Assembly (NCBI GenBank): GCA_963665665.1 | Contig: OY762428.1 | Span: 3,552,001 to 3,616,000 of the forward strand | Origin: Candidatus Kapaibacterium sp. | Lineage (GTDB): Bacteria > Bacteroidota > Ignavibacteria > Kapaibacteriales > UBA2268 | Length of the DNA stretch: 64,000 bases | Direction: 5' to 3' | Shown here: positions 37,868 through 48,489 of the stretch, one piece after another | How positions within the stretch are numbered: position 1 is the first letter of the stretch | Layout of the letters: every line of letters starts with the position of its first letter | Notes under the pieces: generated by a model | The model's database searches: none | What the model was told of the DNA's origin: nothing | Seen by the model: the letters and a program-made list of their open reading frames with translations, nothing else | Program-made: the position numbers and the translations under genes

Positions 37868-37899
37868 AATGTAGTGATACAACTACATTTTTGTAGTTG
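37868..37899. promoter_or_regulatory. Overlapping palindromes, probable operator
   Basis: aatgtagt..actacatt overlaps the perfect caactaca-tttt-tgtagttg; TGTAGT recurs at 22-bp spacing. Confidence 0.45.
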
Positions 37900-38042
37900 A
37901 ACCAGCTATATTTTTATCAAAGAACTTCTAAATATTAATACGGAGATGCATTAATTTCATTTTATTATCAGTTTTGTAACTAAATACAATATTAAACCGT
38001 CTCTACAATGATAAAAATTTGGAACTTCTTTAGGATGGAAAA

Positions 38043-41000
38043 TTGAAACGTTTACTTTTGCCGGTGTTCATGATATTAATCTTTGTCGGAGTCAGAAATT
38101 CAGGCGCAGAGCTTACTATGGTTCTGAAAAATATTGATTTTTCTGTAGAAACCATAGATGCCAGCGAATACCCATACTATACTGCAAAATTCAAGCTCAT
38201 GAAGGACGGAAATTATGTTCAGGCTGACGAAAGTAATTTTGTAGTGCTATATGACAATACTTTTTCAATTCCGGAAGAAGTAAGCCAGCCTGAGGATGAT
38301 TGGCAAACTATCCGCTGGTACATGAAAAAAAATGTATCAGGAATAATATTTTTAGCACAGTATGATAATGAAATCACCTTGAAACAAGGCTACCCGGGAA
38401 ATCCAAATGCATCTTTCCTTTCAATAAGGAATCACGACGGCCTTGTAATAAAAGATATGCACATGGGTTATGCCACAGCAGGGGATTCCACCCGCAAACA
38501 GATTTGGGTTGTTCCGCTTACGGGCAAAAGGGATGCAGATAATTATGAAATGGGGATATATGTATCTTCCATTTCTAATAATAAGCCCGAGTTTTCCTGG
38601 GGCTGGCAGGGAAATGAAGTAAACAGAAAAGCTCCGCCTGTAACAACCAATCCGGGGTCTTTCTATCTTGCCGATATCTATTATCATCCCGATGAATACG
38701 GTTATCACAGAGACATTTTAACAGTTGAATATGACAACAGGACAAGATCAAGTATTAATCTAATCGCTGGTTCCTACCCGATTGTAAGGGAAACCCTGCT
38801 TCAATTGGTTCAGCCGGACGGAGGAGAGATACTTGAACCCTGCGAGGAATATGAAATAAAATGGACAGGAAGCGCGAAAGATCTTCCTACAAATATTGAG
38901 TTTTCTACTGATGGCGGTGCTTCCTGGAAGACACTTGGTAAGAGCTATGATTCTGTTCTTGTGTGGACTGTACCAAAAGATTTTACTGAAGAAGGCAGGA
39001 TAAGGTTGAATCAGGATTTTACTGCTAACAAACAATATACTTTCAGATATGATTATACTCCTGTCAGAAAAATTGTATATAATTTTAATGGCAAAAAGCT
39101 TCTTTCAGCGAACGAGGCCGGAACAATAGTAGAATGGGATGTTCACGATAAAGTTGTAATAAAGGACCACCTGCTAAATGATTTTTATCCTGGTATTACA
39201 ACATCTGTTAAAGGGGTTGAATATATTACAGACGATAGATTTGCAGTTGCCTACAGGCTTAATTCTTATTCGCCAGGAATAACTGATTCGATAGCATTTT
39301 TTGATACAGATAAAACAGAAGCTGTTGCCACAGTTTCTGTTGGCGATGATTTTACAGTAAAAGAGATGTATGTTGATTCTGAACGTAATTTCCTTGCTCT
39401 GACCCCGGTACTTGGCAACCGGATGATGCTTCTTTCCCCGGAAGATGCTTCTTTTATCAAATATGTTGATTTCCCATGGCCGATCTATTCTGTCAATTTC
39501 AACAGAGAATTACAGGAAGCGGCTGTTTATATGCTGAATGGTAAGGTTCAGATATTGAATCTGCCTGAATTTACTGTAAAAAAAGAAATAGATTTATCCT
39601 ACCTGCCAATTATTAAAGAAATGGGATTGTCACCGGACGGAACATTACTGGCAATTGGCTGCCTTGCTCCAACGTATTCACACTCGGAAGGAGCGAATAC
39701 CGAAATTCATGTAGTTGATATAAACCTCGGTGATATAGTCAGAACTACCCGGCTTACTGCAAGTGACCCGGTCGGGCTGGAATTCAGCCCAACATCAAAA
39801 ACTCTTGTTGTGGGCTCTGAGGCGCAGCCACAGATTGCTTTCTGGGATTTGACAACAAGCAAGTATATTGGCTCGCTTAGTGGTACAACAAGTGAACTTA
39901 CTGACTTTGCATTTTCGCCGGAAGGACATTCTGTAGCTGTTGGTTCTTCTTCGTCGGATAATCTTGTAATCAGAGAATTTACTTATCCTGAATCCGATGT
40001 TAGTAATGATAGCTTTATTATTGCAGAACCCAACCTTGATATTGATACTTTGACCTTTTCTGCAAAGTATCTCGGCACTGAAAACAGGAAGACTTTCAAT
40101 TCGGTGATTTGTAATAAGGGCCTTGCGCCAATTAGTTTCGAGAAGTTTAAATTCGAAGAAGGCAGAAATTTCAGCCTTGTTGATGAATTTGAACCTTTCC
40201 GGCTTATGCCCGGAGAATGCCGTGATATAGAATTAATTTTCTTCCCCAAAGATACCGGAGATATTATCGATAAGATGATATTTAATTCTGAATGCCTTGG
40301 GGATTACAATGTAATACTAAAGGCCGAGGGTATTAACAGAAATATCACTTTTTCGCGTGAAGAATTCGATATGGGCGAAAGCTGCGTAGGAGTAACTGCT
40401 GAAAAAACAATGGAAATATTAACTAATAACGATCCAGTTCCTCTTATAATTAACTCAATACAGTTTGTTGAAAGCTCAGGCAATCCGTTTGGTGTTACAC
40501 CGGTTTTAATTGATACTGTAATTCCTGCGAAATCATCACTGAAGTATACCTTAACTTTCAAACCTTCGAAACTTGGTGAAATCAGACGTAAAATGATTGT
40601 TTATCATTCTGAGCAGGGAAAGATCATTCCCGAAGTACCGATAAAAGGATTTGGTATAGGCACTAAGATTGATGTCAGCCATACTAATCTGCTTTTTATA
40701 CCGGAAATACCAGAAAGAAATCTGATCATTAAAAATTCAAATGAAAATGATATTGAAATATCAAGCGCTGAAATTGTTCCGGAAGGGAATTTCACAATTC
40801 TTTCATCATTCCCGATAAAGATTCAAAAAGGAGATTCAGCTGAAATCAAAATTCGTTGGAACCGTCAGTCGGAAACACCTGCCGAAATGAATTTCATGGC
40901 GGCCCCATGCGTTTCAAATAATACTGTTTATCTGGGATTTTATACTGCAAATTCCAAATTAAGCCTGCCGACAATTGAAGCAGATCCTAAAGCAAATGCT

Positions 41001-41636
41001 GTTATACCCGTTAATTACTCAACTTCAGAGTATCGGTCTTATAAAGGAATTCGTTTCTTAGAAGCTGAATTTACAATTCACCCGGGTATATTTTTACCTC
41101 TTTCAGTAAGTAGTAAATACGGAGATGCGGAGATTATCAGGAATGAGGTTGTTTCCGGTAAGAGGTATATTGGCGTACGCGTGGACGGTGACTTTCCTGC
41201 AAGCGGGACGGCTGCATTGATTGAAGGTGTTGCCGGGCTGACTGACACAGACAGCTCTCCTATTTTATATACCGAAAGCCCTGAATATTGGGGGACGGCA
41301 GTTAATGTGGAATTGGAAAGCGGACTTTTCAAGCTGACTAATCTTTGTGGAGACAGAAGAATTCTTTCGCCGGATATTTTAGATATCGTATCTGTTAGTC
41401 CCAACCCGACAGACGGAGAGTTTACTCTTGATTTCGATATTAACGAATCCGGGAAATGTGAAATAGAAATTTATGACAACCTGGGGCAAATTGTTATGAA
41501 TACTGATAAGTTCGATGCTAAAGAAGGAATAAACAGAGTAATAATAGATGTTTCCCGATTAAAATCCGGAAATTACAGGGTAGTGGTTAAAAACGGGAAT
41601 ACGTTCGGTTCAACTTCTGTAACGGTGATAAAATAA
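38043..41636 (+). CDS. Large secreted protein: WD40-like propeller, Ig-like (choice-of-anchor D/ASH-like) repeats and T9SS-type C-terminal domain
   Basis: Signal peptide; FSTDGGASW; LSPDG/FSPTS/FSPEG blades; ICNKG..F.P..G repeats; VSPNPTDG...LKSGNYRVVVK. Confidence 0.8.
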   Translation: MKRLLLPVFMILIFVGVRNSGAELTMVLKNIDFSVETIDASEYPYYTAKFKLMKDGNYVQADESNFVVLYDNTFSIPEEVSQPEDDWQTIRWYMKKNVSGIIFLAQYDNEITLKQGYPGNPNASFLSIRNHDGLVIKDMHMGYATAGDSTRKQIWVVPLTGKRDADNYEMGIYVSSISNNKPEFSWGWQGNEVNRKAPPVTTNPGSFYLADIYYHPDEYGYHRDILTVEYDNRTRSSINLIAGSYPIVRETLLQLVQPDGGEILEPCEEYEIKWTGSAKDLPTNIEFSTDGGASWKTLGKSYDSVLVWTVPKDFTEEGRIRLNQDFTANKQYTFRYDYTPVRKIVYNFNGKKLLSANEAGTIVEWDVHDKVVIKDHLLNDFYPGITTSVKGVEYITDDRFAVAYRLNSYSPGITDSIAFFDTDKTEAVATVSVGDDFTVKEMYVDSERNFLALTPVLGNRMMLLSPEDASFIKYVDFPWPIYSVNFNRELQEAAVYMLNGKVQILNLPEFTVKKEIDLSYLPIIKEMGLSPDGTLLAIGCLAPTYSHSEGANTEIHVVDINLGDIVRTTRLTASDPVGLEFSPTSKTLVVGSEAQPQIAFWDLTTSKYIGSLSGTTSELTDFAFSPEGHSVAVGSSSSDNLVIREFTYPESDVSNDSFIIAEPNLDIDTLTFSAKYLGTENRKTFNSVICNKGLAPISFEKFKFEEGRNFSLVDEFEPFRLMPGECRDIELIFFPKDTGDIIDKMIFNSECLGDYNVILKAEGINRNITFSREEFDMGESCVGVTAEKTMEILTNNDPVPLIINSIQFVESSGNPFGVTPVLIDTVIPAKSSLKYTLTFKPSKLGEIRRKMIVYHSEQGKIIPEVPIKGFGIGTKIDVSHTNLLFIPEIPERNLIIKNSNENDIEISSAEIVPEGNFTILSSFPIKIQKGDSAEIKIRWNRQSETPAEMNFMAAPCVSNNTVYLGFYTANSKLSLPTIEADPKANAVIPVNYSTSEYRSYKGIRFLEAEFTIHPGIFLPLSVSSKYGDAEIIRNEVVSGKRYIGVRVDGDFPASGTAALIEGVAGLTDTDSSPILYTESPEYWGTAVNVELESGLFKLTNLCGDRRILSPDILDIVSVSPNPTDGEFTLDFDINESGKCEIEIYDNLGQIVMNTDKFDAKEGINRVIIDVSRLKSGNYRVVVKNGNTFGSTSVTVIK

Positions 41637-43609
41637 TGATAGATCGGATCGGAGTGAAAATAAAATTGAATAATACTATGAAATTGCCGGCTTGTTTGTT
41701 TTTGATGTTGATTTTTATATTTACATCTGAATTGAATGCCAAAGAGAAAAAATATACAGCTTATACTTTTCGTGCAGGTGCAGGGCTGAATGGAAATTTA
41801 TATACTTCATCTTTTACTAATCTGCCCGGCTATTACGGTTGCTGTACTGAATACACTGGAGCATTCGGAATTGCCTACGGTTTCAATGCCGGAATGGATT
41901 ATAACCTTAGGAAAAGTATTCTGGGTTCTGATATCTCTATCAGCATTCTGGCGGGATTCAACAATATATCGGCAAAATTCAGCGAAGAAGAATTTATTGG
42001 GAATATTATCCAGGGAAATGACTATACAAAGGGTATTTCTGATTTTATTATCGATCCGACAATAAATCTGCTAACTATTGATCCCGGTGTAAGTTTTGGT
42101 AATATTGCCGGATTGCCGATATCTGTAAGGATTGGTATGCAGTTTGGAATACCAATGACAAAATCCATGGAACAAATGGAGGAATTGAAAAGCCCTTCGG
42201 GGGTAACTTTCGAGAACGGTACAACAACCAGAGATTTCCAGGAAGGTGACATTAATGAATTCACGGGCCTGTATATGGCTGCTACTGCTTCTGTCTCATA
42301 CGAGGTATATAGGTTCGGTGATTTTGCAATTATGCCGGAAATTAAATTTAATTATGGCCTGAATAACATGGTTAAGGATGTTGACTGGAAAGCTAACTAT
42401 TTCCAGGGCGTTGTTAACCTTACATACCGCCTGCCTGTTACTCCTTCAGAACCACCAAAGAAACCACCACTGCCAAGCCTGCCTGAACCAACTCCGCCAC
42501 CAGCGCCGGGAGTACTTGCATTGTCTGCGAATATTGAAGTTGACGGCGAGGCAATGAAAGATAATGATAAGATAATTACAAAAGTATACACCAAAAAGAT
42601 CAGGACCGTTGAATCGCTTATTCCCCTGGTATTTTTTGGCGAGAATGAATATGAAATAAGTGCTTCAAAGTATGATAATGGTGCACCTTCAATTGAAGAT
42701 TTAAAATCAGTTTTAACTGATAATCATGGCGCAAAAATTCAACTGACGGCCTATGCACTTGATTCTGAAAAACCAGGAACAGCGGGTAAAAGACTTGAAA
42801 GCGGTAAGAAAATTCTTGAATCCGGAGGCATGAAGCCCAAGGATTACAAAACAAATGAAATAATTATTAAAACCAGCGAACTGCCACATACTGAGATGCA
42901 GGATGAATACCGCCGCCTTGAATTTAACCTGCCAAATTCTGATATGGCTATTCAGGGAACTGAGAAAGAAATTGTAAGCGGTGGCGAAGTGATGCCCCTG
43001 GAAATAAAGCCTGTAATAAAAAGCGACGGGCAAAAAATAAAATTTACGGGTGTTGTATCATTTAACGGAAAGACAATTGCCAATATTGATAAAAAAGGGT
43101 CGGCAGTTGAACTGAATACCAATAACTACCCGCTTTTCCTTTCGGATAAAAAACCCGGAGAAATTGATATAAATATCGAAGTTGTAGACGAAGACGGACA
43201 AAAAAGAACCGAAACTGTTAAGCTTATTATTGAGAAAACAAAAATCGTTTCCGAGGAAGTAACCAATATTGTTTCTGAAAACGGTACTGATGCTGAGCAA
43301 TATGTTCTGGGCCTTTGTGAATTCGACAGGTCCGATTTCTACTCTATCAATCGCGAAGCGCTAAAGAAAGCAAGAGAAGCTCTTCGATTTGGTGGTAAAA
43401 TCGTATTGATACCAATGACTGACAGCTTCGGGACAGATGAACATAACAGTATGCTTTCCTCAAGGAGGGCAAAAGAAGCTATCAGGCTTATCGGAGGTGA
43501 TTCTGATAATGTTATTATAAGGGAATCTGATGGTTACTATTTTGATAATAGCACACCTTACGGAAGGATGCTGAACCGTTCAGTTATAATCAGGATAATG
43601 AAAAAATAG
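41636..43609 (+). CDS. Outer-membrane beta-barrel, Pro-rich linker and OmpA-like domain(s)
   Basis: Barrel strands ending NLTYRL; PSEPPKKPPLPSLPEPTPPPAP; C-terminal TDSFG..HN..LSSRRA...GRMLNRSV. Confidence 0.75.
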   Translation: MIDRIGVKIKLNNTMKLPACLFLMLIFIFTSELNAKEKKYTAYTFRAGAGLNGNLYTSSFTNLPGYYGCCTEYTGAFGIAYGFNAGMDYNLRKSILGSDISISILAGFNNISAKFSEEEFIGNIIQGNDYTKGISDFIIDPTINLLTIDPGVSFGNIAGLPISVRIGMQFGIPMTKSMEQMEELKSPSGVTFENGTTTRDFQEGDINEFTGLYMAATASVSYEVYRFGDFAIMPEIKFNYGLNNMVKDVDWKANYFQGVVNLTYRLPVTPSEPPKKPPLPSLPEPTPPPAPGVLALSANIEVDGEAMKDNDKIITKVYTKKIRTVESLIPLVFFGENEYEISASKYDNGAPSIEDLKSVLTDNHGAKIQLTAYALDSEKPGTAGKRLESGKKILESGGMKPKDYKTNEIIIKTSELPHTEMQDEYRRLEFNLPNSDMAIQGTEKEIVSGGEVMPLEIKPVIKSDGQKIKFTGVVSFNGKTIANIDKKGSAVELNTNNYPLFLSDKKPGEIDINIEVVDEDGQKRTETVKLIIEKTKIVSEEVTNIVSENGTDAEQYVLGLCEFDRSDFYSINREALKKAREALRFGGKIVLIPMTDSFGTDEHNSMLSSRRAKEAIRLIGGDSDNVIIRESDGYYFDNSTPYGRMLNRSVIIRIMKK

Positions 43610-43613
43610 ATCA

Positions 43614-44339
43614 CTAATAATTTTTTGAATGCTTTTTAATATAACCTCTGGAATTTAAACTCGTATAATTTTCCCCGGCAATGATCAGGTGATCAATGAC
43701 GGGGATATTAATTATTTCGCCGGCCTTAACAAGATCGGTTGTCAGTTCGAGGTCATGAGTAGATGGTTCAGGGTTACCTGAAGGGTGATTGTGTACAAGC
43801 ATTACCTTTGCTGCATTTTCAATTATTGCTTTTCGAAAAACTTCCCTCGGATGTATTATTGTAGCATTTAAAATTCCCCTGCTGACAATTTCCTCCCGGA
43901 AAATTACATTCGAAGCATTAAGCAGCAAAATCCGGAATTCTTCTGTTTTTAAATTCCTGAGTTTTGGAATCAGGTATTTGGCAATATTTTCAGGGCCGTT
44001 TACAACCAATTTTTTCTTGAAGGGATTAGATTGTATTCTTTTAGCCAGTTCAAAAGCGGCAGAAAGAGTTATTGCCCGTGCATTGCCAATACCCTTTTTT
44101 GATTTCAGCCTTGCAGTTTCCCAGCTTGCAAGTTCGCTGATATCACCGGCTTCATTTATTATATCTCTTGCTATATCAATTGCGGAATATCCTATGGTTC
44201 CGCTACCAATTAATATTGCAATCAGATCGGCGTCAGAAAGCACTTCAGCACCGTGGGTGATCAATCTTTCTCTTGGCCTGTCTTCGGGTGACCAGTCCTT
44301 TATTGTCCGGTAACCTGGGGTTGTATCATATTCAGACAT
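43614..44339 (-). CDS. radC: RadC/JAB-domain protein
   Basis: DRPRERL, LSDADLIAILIGSG, HPREVF, VHNHPSG..PS..D, IDHLII. Confidence 0.95.
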   Translation of the reverse strand: MSEYDTTPGYRTIKDWSPEDRPRERLITHGAEVLSDADLIAILIGSGTIGYSAIDIARDIINEAGDISELASWETARLKSKKGIGNARAITLSAAFELAKRIQSNPFKKKLVVNGPENIAKYLIPKLRNLKTEEFRILLLNASNVIFREEIVSRGILNATIIHPREVFRKAIIENAAKVMLVHNHPSGNPEPSTHDLELTTDLVKAGEIINIPVIDHLIIAGENYTSLNSRGYIKKHSKNY

Positions 44340-44355
44340 AATAATCGATAATTTA

Positions 44356-44715
44356 TCAGTAATACTTTAATTTACGGGATACAAAGGCTGCGATTTCATT
44401 ATATACAGGATTTTTGGATCTTGCAAATTCATGTGGCCAGCCCCAGTATATAAGTTTATTATCCCTGAAGGCAAATATACATAAATTTTGTGTATCTCCG
44501 GTATATATATCGTAAGCTGTAATAGTATAATCAGATTTGTCTGATTTTAAATCAACGTTACTCCATTCGTATTCGTAATCTGAGCCCAGGTAATTGGTCA
44601 CCTGCCTGTAATCCATTCCTTTATAAAGGGGTGAAAGGTCTGAAATTTCTACCCTGAAGCAGGAAGTAAGTATAATCGTGAAGCAAATAATAAATACAAA
44701 ATTGAGCTTATTCAT
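44356..44715 (-). CDS. Small lipoprotein, paralog of the adjacent gene
   Basis: Lipobox LTSC; IFAFRDNKLIYWG; start re-called at ATG 44715. Confidence 0.7.
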   Translation of the reverse strand: MNKLNFVFIICFTIILTSCFRVEISDLSPLYKGMDYRQVTNYLGSDYEYEWSNVDLKSDKSDYTITAYDIYTGDTQNLCIFAFRDNKLIYWGWPHEFARSKNPVYNEIAAFVSRKLKYY

Positions 44716-45166
44716 AGCTGTCTCCTGGTTCGTCAATATTCAGGTTATAAAGTTTTGTTCCGATCTGATTCAGAATTGCGTCGTCCTCTCTTCTATAATC
44801 ATACAAAAAGCCCCAGTAATCAAGGGCATGGTTGTTGAATAGAAATATTATATGGCTTCTTGTAATAATTGTTTCTTCAGCATCTTCTGTATCCTCTTCC
44901 TCATCATCGGAATCAGTCACAAGTGAAGACATTATCGCAGAAAATGCATCTGAGTTGTCCTCCCGGCTGATTTCGAAGATATAATATTGGGCTGAATATT
45001 GTCTGCCATTCAGGCTGAAATTGTGAACGTGCTCCGGTTCGGAATTCAGCATTCCGGATAAATCCGCCGGGGTGATGCCTCTTTTGATGTGCAACAAATT
45101 GTTATAAGTTGGTTCATAGTGGCATGAAGCTAATAGTATAGCTGTTATTATTATTAAATATTTCAC
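44708..45166 (-). CDS. Small lipoprotein with an acidic insert
   Basis: Lipobox LASC; IFLFNNHALDYWG; DSDDEEEDTEDAEE. Confidence 0.7.
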   Translation of the reverse strand: MKYLIIITAILLASCHYEPTYNNLLHIKRGITPADLSGMLNSEPEHVHNFSLNGRQYSAQYYIFEISREDNSDAFSAIMSSLVTDSDDEEEDTEDAEETIITRSHIIFLFNNHALDYWGFLYDYRREDDAILNQIGTKLYNLNIDEPGDSYE

Positions 45167-45224
45167 CGTACCTCCGGTTGATATTCATATTGTTACCTAT
45201 ACTATTAAAACGTTGGATTTATTA

Positions 45225-45605
45225 TTAAGTTTCGCCGAATACTGAACTCATCTTGAAGTTGTCCTTTCCTTTAAGTACTTCATTAATAAACATGCGCAGC
45301 TTTTTAAGTTTAAATTTACTGGTTTTCCAAACTGCATCTTCGTTTACTCCAAGCTCATCAATAACAAAAATTTTTTGGATATCAGTAAATTCATCCCAAA
45401 GTTCTTTCCAGTTATCTTCTTTGAATTCATCCGGAAGTTGATTAACCTTGTCCCTGATACCTTCGAAGAAGCCGACAACATATATTTTGGCTCTTCGGTT
45501 ATTCCTGTAGTCCTCCAGCCCAAGGCCCTGAAGTGTTATCTCAATATCATTGATCATATCAATAATTTCAAGTAGTAAAAATTGAATCTCCCTTTTCATA
45601 TTCAA
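45225..45605 (-). CDS. DUF86/HepT-like HEPN protein lacking the catalytic motif
   Basis: Resembles HepT (LLEIIDMINDI..., QLPDEFK..W, GVNEDAVW..L..L), but QKIFVID occupies the RxxxxH position. Confidence 0.6.
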   Translation of the reverse strand: MNMKREIQFLLLEIIDMINDIEITLQGLGLEDYRNNRRAKIYVVGFFEGIRDKVNQLPDEFKEDNWKELWDEFTDIQKIFVIDELGVNEDAVWKTSKFKLKKLRMFINEVLKGKDNFKMSSVFGET

Positions 45606-45722
45606 CCCCTATTGATTTGATATATTATAGCTGTGAATAATATAACATATATTTTTTAAAAATAAAAATATTTTTTGAAATTATTGAAATAATTGTGAGC
45701 ATAGTCTGTTATCCCTATCAAT

Positions 45723-47759
45723 TTATCCGGCCATCTGATTCATTTTTTCCAGCCTTTGGATTTCATCCCTCAGTTCGGCTGCTCTTTCGAAATCGAGGTT
45801 CTTGGCGGCGGTTTTCATTTCTTTGAACATCTGGTCAATTAATTCCTGCCTTTGTTCCCGGGTCATATAATCAATCAGGGGCTCGGCAGCTTTCCTCAAT
45901 TTTGTTTCTTCCTGTTCCTGAATTTGTTTTTGCCTGTTCGTATAGATATCAGCAACAGATGTTGAATTGAGTATTTCCTCGAGAGATTTATAAATTGTTT
46001 CGGGATTTATTCCATGTTTCTTATTATACTCAACCTGGAGTTCACGTCTCCGGTTGGTCTCATCAATCACCAGCTGCATGGAACGCGTAATTTTGTCGGC
46101 ATAAAATATAACAATGCCTTCTGAGTTTCTCGCGGTTCTTCCGGCCACCTGGAGCAGTGAACGCTCGCTCCTCAGAAATCCTTCCTTATCTGCATCAAGT
46201 ACTGCTACCAGAGAAACTTCCGGCATGTCGAGGCCTTCTCTTAACAGGTTTACGCCAACGAGTACGTCATAGTCTCCCAGTCTCAGGCCTCTGATTATTT
46301 CCACCCTTTCCAGCGAACCAATATCAGAATGTATATATGCTACTTTAATATTCAGGTTTTGCATGTATTCGGAAAGGTCTTCAGCCATTCTTTTTGTCAG
46401 TGTTGTAACAAGAACCCTTTCCTTTTTTTCAACCCTGATCCTTATTTCATGAAGCAGATCATCAATTTGATTATTAACCGGCCGTACACTGATTTCAGGA
46501 TCAAGCAGCCCTGTTGGACGAATAACCTGTTCGACTATGGCGCCGCCACTTTGCTCAAGCTCATATGGCCCGGGGGTGGCACTTACATATATTGCCTGGT
46601 TCACGTGCTGCTCAAATTCTTCGAATTTCAGCGGCCTGTTTTCCAGTGCAGAAGGCAGGCGGAAACCATGCTCAACCAGATTCATCTTTCTTGCCCTGTC
46701 GCCGTTATACATTGCCCTTACCTGCGGCATGGTAATATGGCTTTCATCAACAATCAGCAGGAAGTCATCCGGGAAGAAGTTAAAAAGCCCTTCCGGTTGG
46801 TCGCCGAAATTCCTGCCTGCAAGGTGCATCGAATAATTTTCGATTCCCGAGCAATAACCAACTTCTTTCATCATCTCCAGGTCGAAAAGTGTTCTTTGTT
46901 CAAGGCGCTGGGCTTCAAGCAGTTTTTCGTTTGTACGTAGTTCCTTCAGCCTTTCGTAAAGTTCGTCCCTGATCTTTTCCATTGCAAACTGCATTTGTTC
47001 CTCGCCGGTTACAAAGAGCCTTGCCGGGAAGACTGTGACACTATCCAGTGTTTCGATTGTATGGCCGGAAAGAGCGTCAATAAAACTGATTTTTTCAATT
47101 TCTTCTCCGAACATTTCAATCCTGATAGCCTCGCGATTTTCATAAGCTGGGATAACATCAATTACATCACCGCGTACCCTGAAAGTACCGCGTTTGAACT
47201 CAAAATCATTCCTGGAATAGTAGAGGTCTATAAGCCTGTAAAGAAGGCTTTGCCTGGAAATTTGCTGTCCGGTATGAAGTGGCATCAGGTGATCAAGGAA
47301 ATCCTGTTTTCTTCCGATACTATAAATACAACTTACCGAAGCCACGATAATTATATCATTTCTTCCCTCAACCAGCGAACTCGTTGCTTTCAGTCTAAGC
47401 CTGTCAATTTCGTCATTAATCGAGAAATCCTTTTCAATATATGTGTCGGTTGTCGGGATATATGCCTCCGGCTGGTAATAATCATAATAGGAGATAAAGT
47501 ATTCCACGGCATTATTCGGGAAAAACCCCTTGAACTCGCTGTAAAGCTGTGCGGCAAGAGTTTTATTCGGGGAAATTACCAGGGTTGGTTTATTGACAGC
47601 TTTAATCACGTTGGACATAGTAAATGTTTTCCCGGAGCCGGTTACACCGAGCAGCACCTGGTGCTTATCGCCACGAATTATTCCTTCTGTTAATTCTTTT
47701 ATTGCCTCCGGCTGGTCACCGGAAGGTTTATATCTCGATACTAAATCAAATTTTCTCAT
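45723..47759 (-). CDS. uvrB: Excinuclease ABC subunit B
   Basis: [42 protein letters not shown]-terminal UVR domain; start re-called at ATG 47759. Confidence 0.98.
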   Translation of the reverse strand: MRKFDLVSRYKPSGDQPEAIKELTEGIIRGDKHQVLLGVTGSGKTFTMSNVIKAVNKPTLVISPNKTLAAQLYSEFKGFFPNNAVEYFISYYDYYQPEAYIPTTDTYIEKDFSINDEIDRLRLKATSSLVEGRNDIIIVASVSCIYSIGRKQDFLDHLMPLHTGQQISRQSLLYRLIDLYYSRNDFEFKRGTFRVRGDVIDVIPAYENREAIRIEMFGEEIEKISFIDALSGHTIETLDSVTVFPARLFVTGEEQMQFAMEKIRDELYERLKELRTNEKLLEAQRLEQRTLFDLEMMKEVGYCSGIENYSMHLAGRNFGDQPEGLFNFFPDDFLLIVDESHITMPQVRAMYNGDRARKMNLVEHGFRLPSALENRPLKFEEFEQHVNQAIYVSATPGPYELEQSGGAIVEQVIRPTGLLDPEISVRPVNNQIDDLLHEIRIRVEKKERVLVTTLTKRMAEDLSEYMQNLNIKVAYIHSDIGSLERVEIIRGLRLGDYDVLVGVNLLREGLDMPEVSLVAVLDADKEGFLRSERSLLQVAGRTARNSEGIVIFYADKITRSMQLVIDETNRRRELQVEYNKKHGINPETIYKSLEEILNSTSVADIYTNRQKQIQEQEETKLRKAAEPLIDYMTREQRQELIDQMFKEMKTAAKNLDFERAAELRDEIQRLEKMNQMAG

Positions 47760-47964
47760 TATTCCGTTTGCATTATTTCCAATATTCAAATATACGGACT
47801 TGTCCGGTTTTTAGTTGGGAGAAATGTATTATATCAGAGTTATTAATTTATCCCAATGTATTTATGCAGGTATTTGAAGTAAAAAATAAAAAATTTTAAA
47901 TTCAGACATCTGAAATCTACGTAATTTTTAAAGTTTCAGTTTCGAATATTCCAATTAAGATTCC

Positions 47965-48056
47965 GCCCCCTCCCAAACCCTCGTAAGGGGCCGCGCCTCC
48001 CCGAAGGGGGAGGGCTTTGCAGTAAGCCCCTCCTTCGGAGGGGTTTGGGGAGGTCA
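47965..48056. repeat. GC-rich REP-like element, copy 1
   Basis: ccctcccaaaccctc...ccgaagggggagggctt..aagcccctccttcggaggggtttggggaggtca; homologous to 52616-52688. Confidence 0.8.
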
Positions 48057-48389
48057 CGCATGATAATATTTCATAGAACAGAAATATTGATGTGGTAAAA
48101 AATTTGTTAATAAATCCGACATATTAATTTACGGCATTGTTCTTATAACTCTTTGATTTTTAGCTCAGAGGTCAGGAATTCTGAAATTATTTGCAATTGG
48201 ATAACCATTGTATAATTCGAAGATTTATTTGATATCATTGATTTCCTCCCGTAGGGTTGCCCCTACTGCCCAATATTATACACTGGCTAATTTTATATAT
48301 CAATATTAGCCGATTCCACCTTAAATGCTTCCTGATTTTAATCGAATTATAATATTGCAGATAAGAAATATAAATTTTATCTCTAATTA

Positions 48390-48402
48390 TATCAATTGAT
48401 TA
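48390..48402 (+). promoter_or_regulatory. Possible IHF site upstream of the sigma54 promoter
   Basis: TATCAA-TTGA-TTA matches WATCAANNNNTTR; the region is AT-rich, so a chance match is possible. Confidence 0.35.
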
Positions 48403-48432
48403 TAAATTGTGTTGCCGGCCTTATAATATTAA

Positions 48433-48448
48433 TGGCACAGCTCTTGTA
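48433..48448 (+). promoter_or_regulatory. Putative sigma54 -24/-12 promoter of the flagellar operon
   Basis: TGGCAC-AGCTC-TTGTA ends 41 bp upstream of the flgF start. Confidence 0.7.
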
Positions 48449-48489
48449 AACAAAGGGGCGTGTATGAATTGATGAAATGAAGGGAAATC

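Noticed and set aside
46329-47693. Long antisense ORFs (203 and 232 aa) opposite uvrB; similar ones opposite aspA, radC and usp
   Set aside because: Shadow frames of conserved genes with no recognisable protein features
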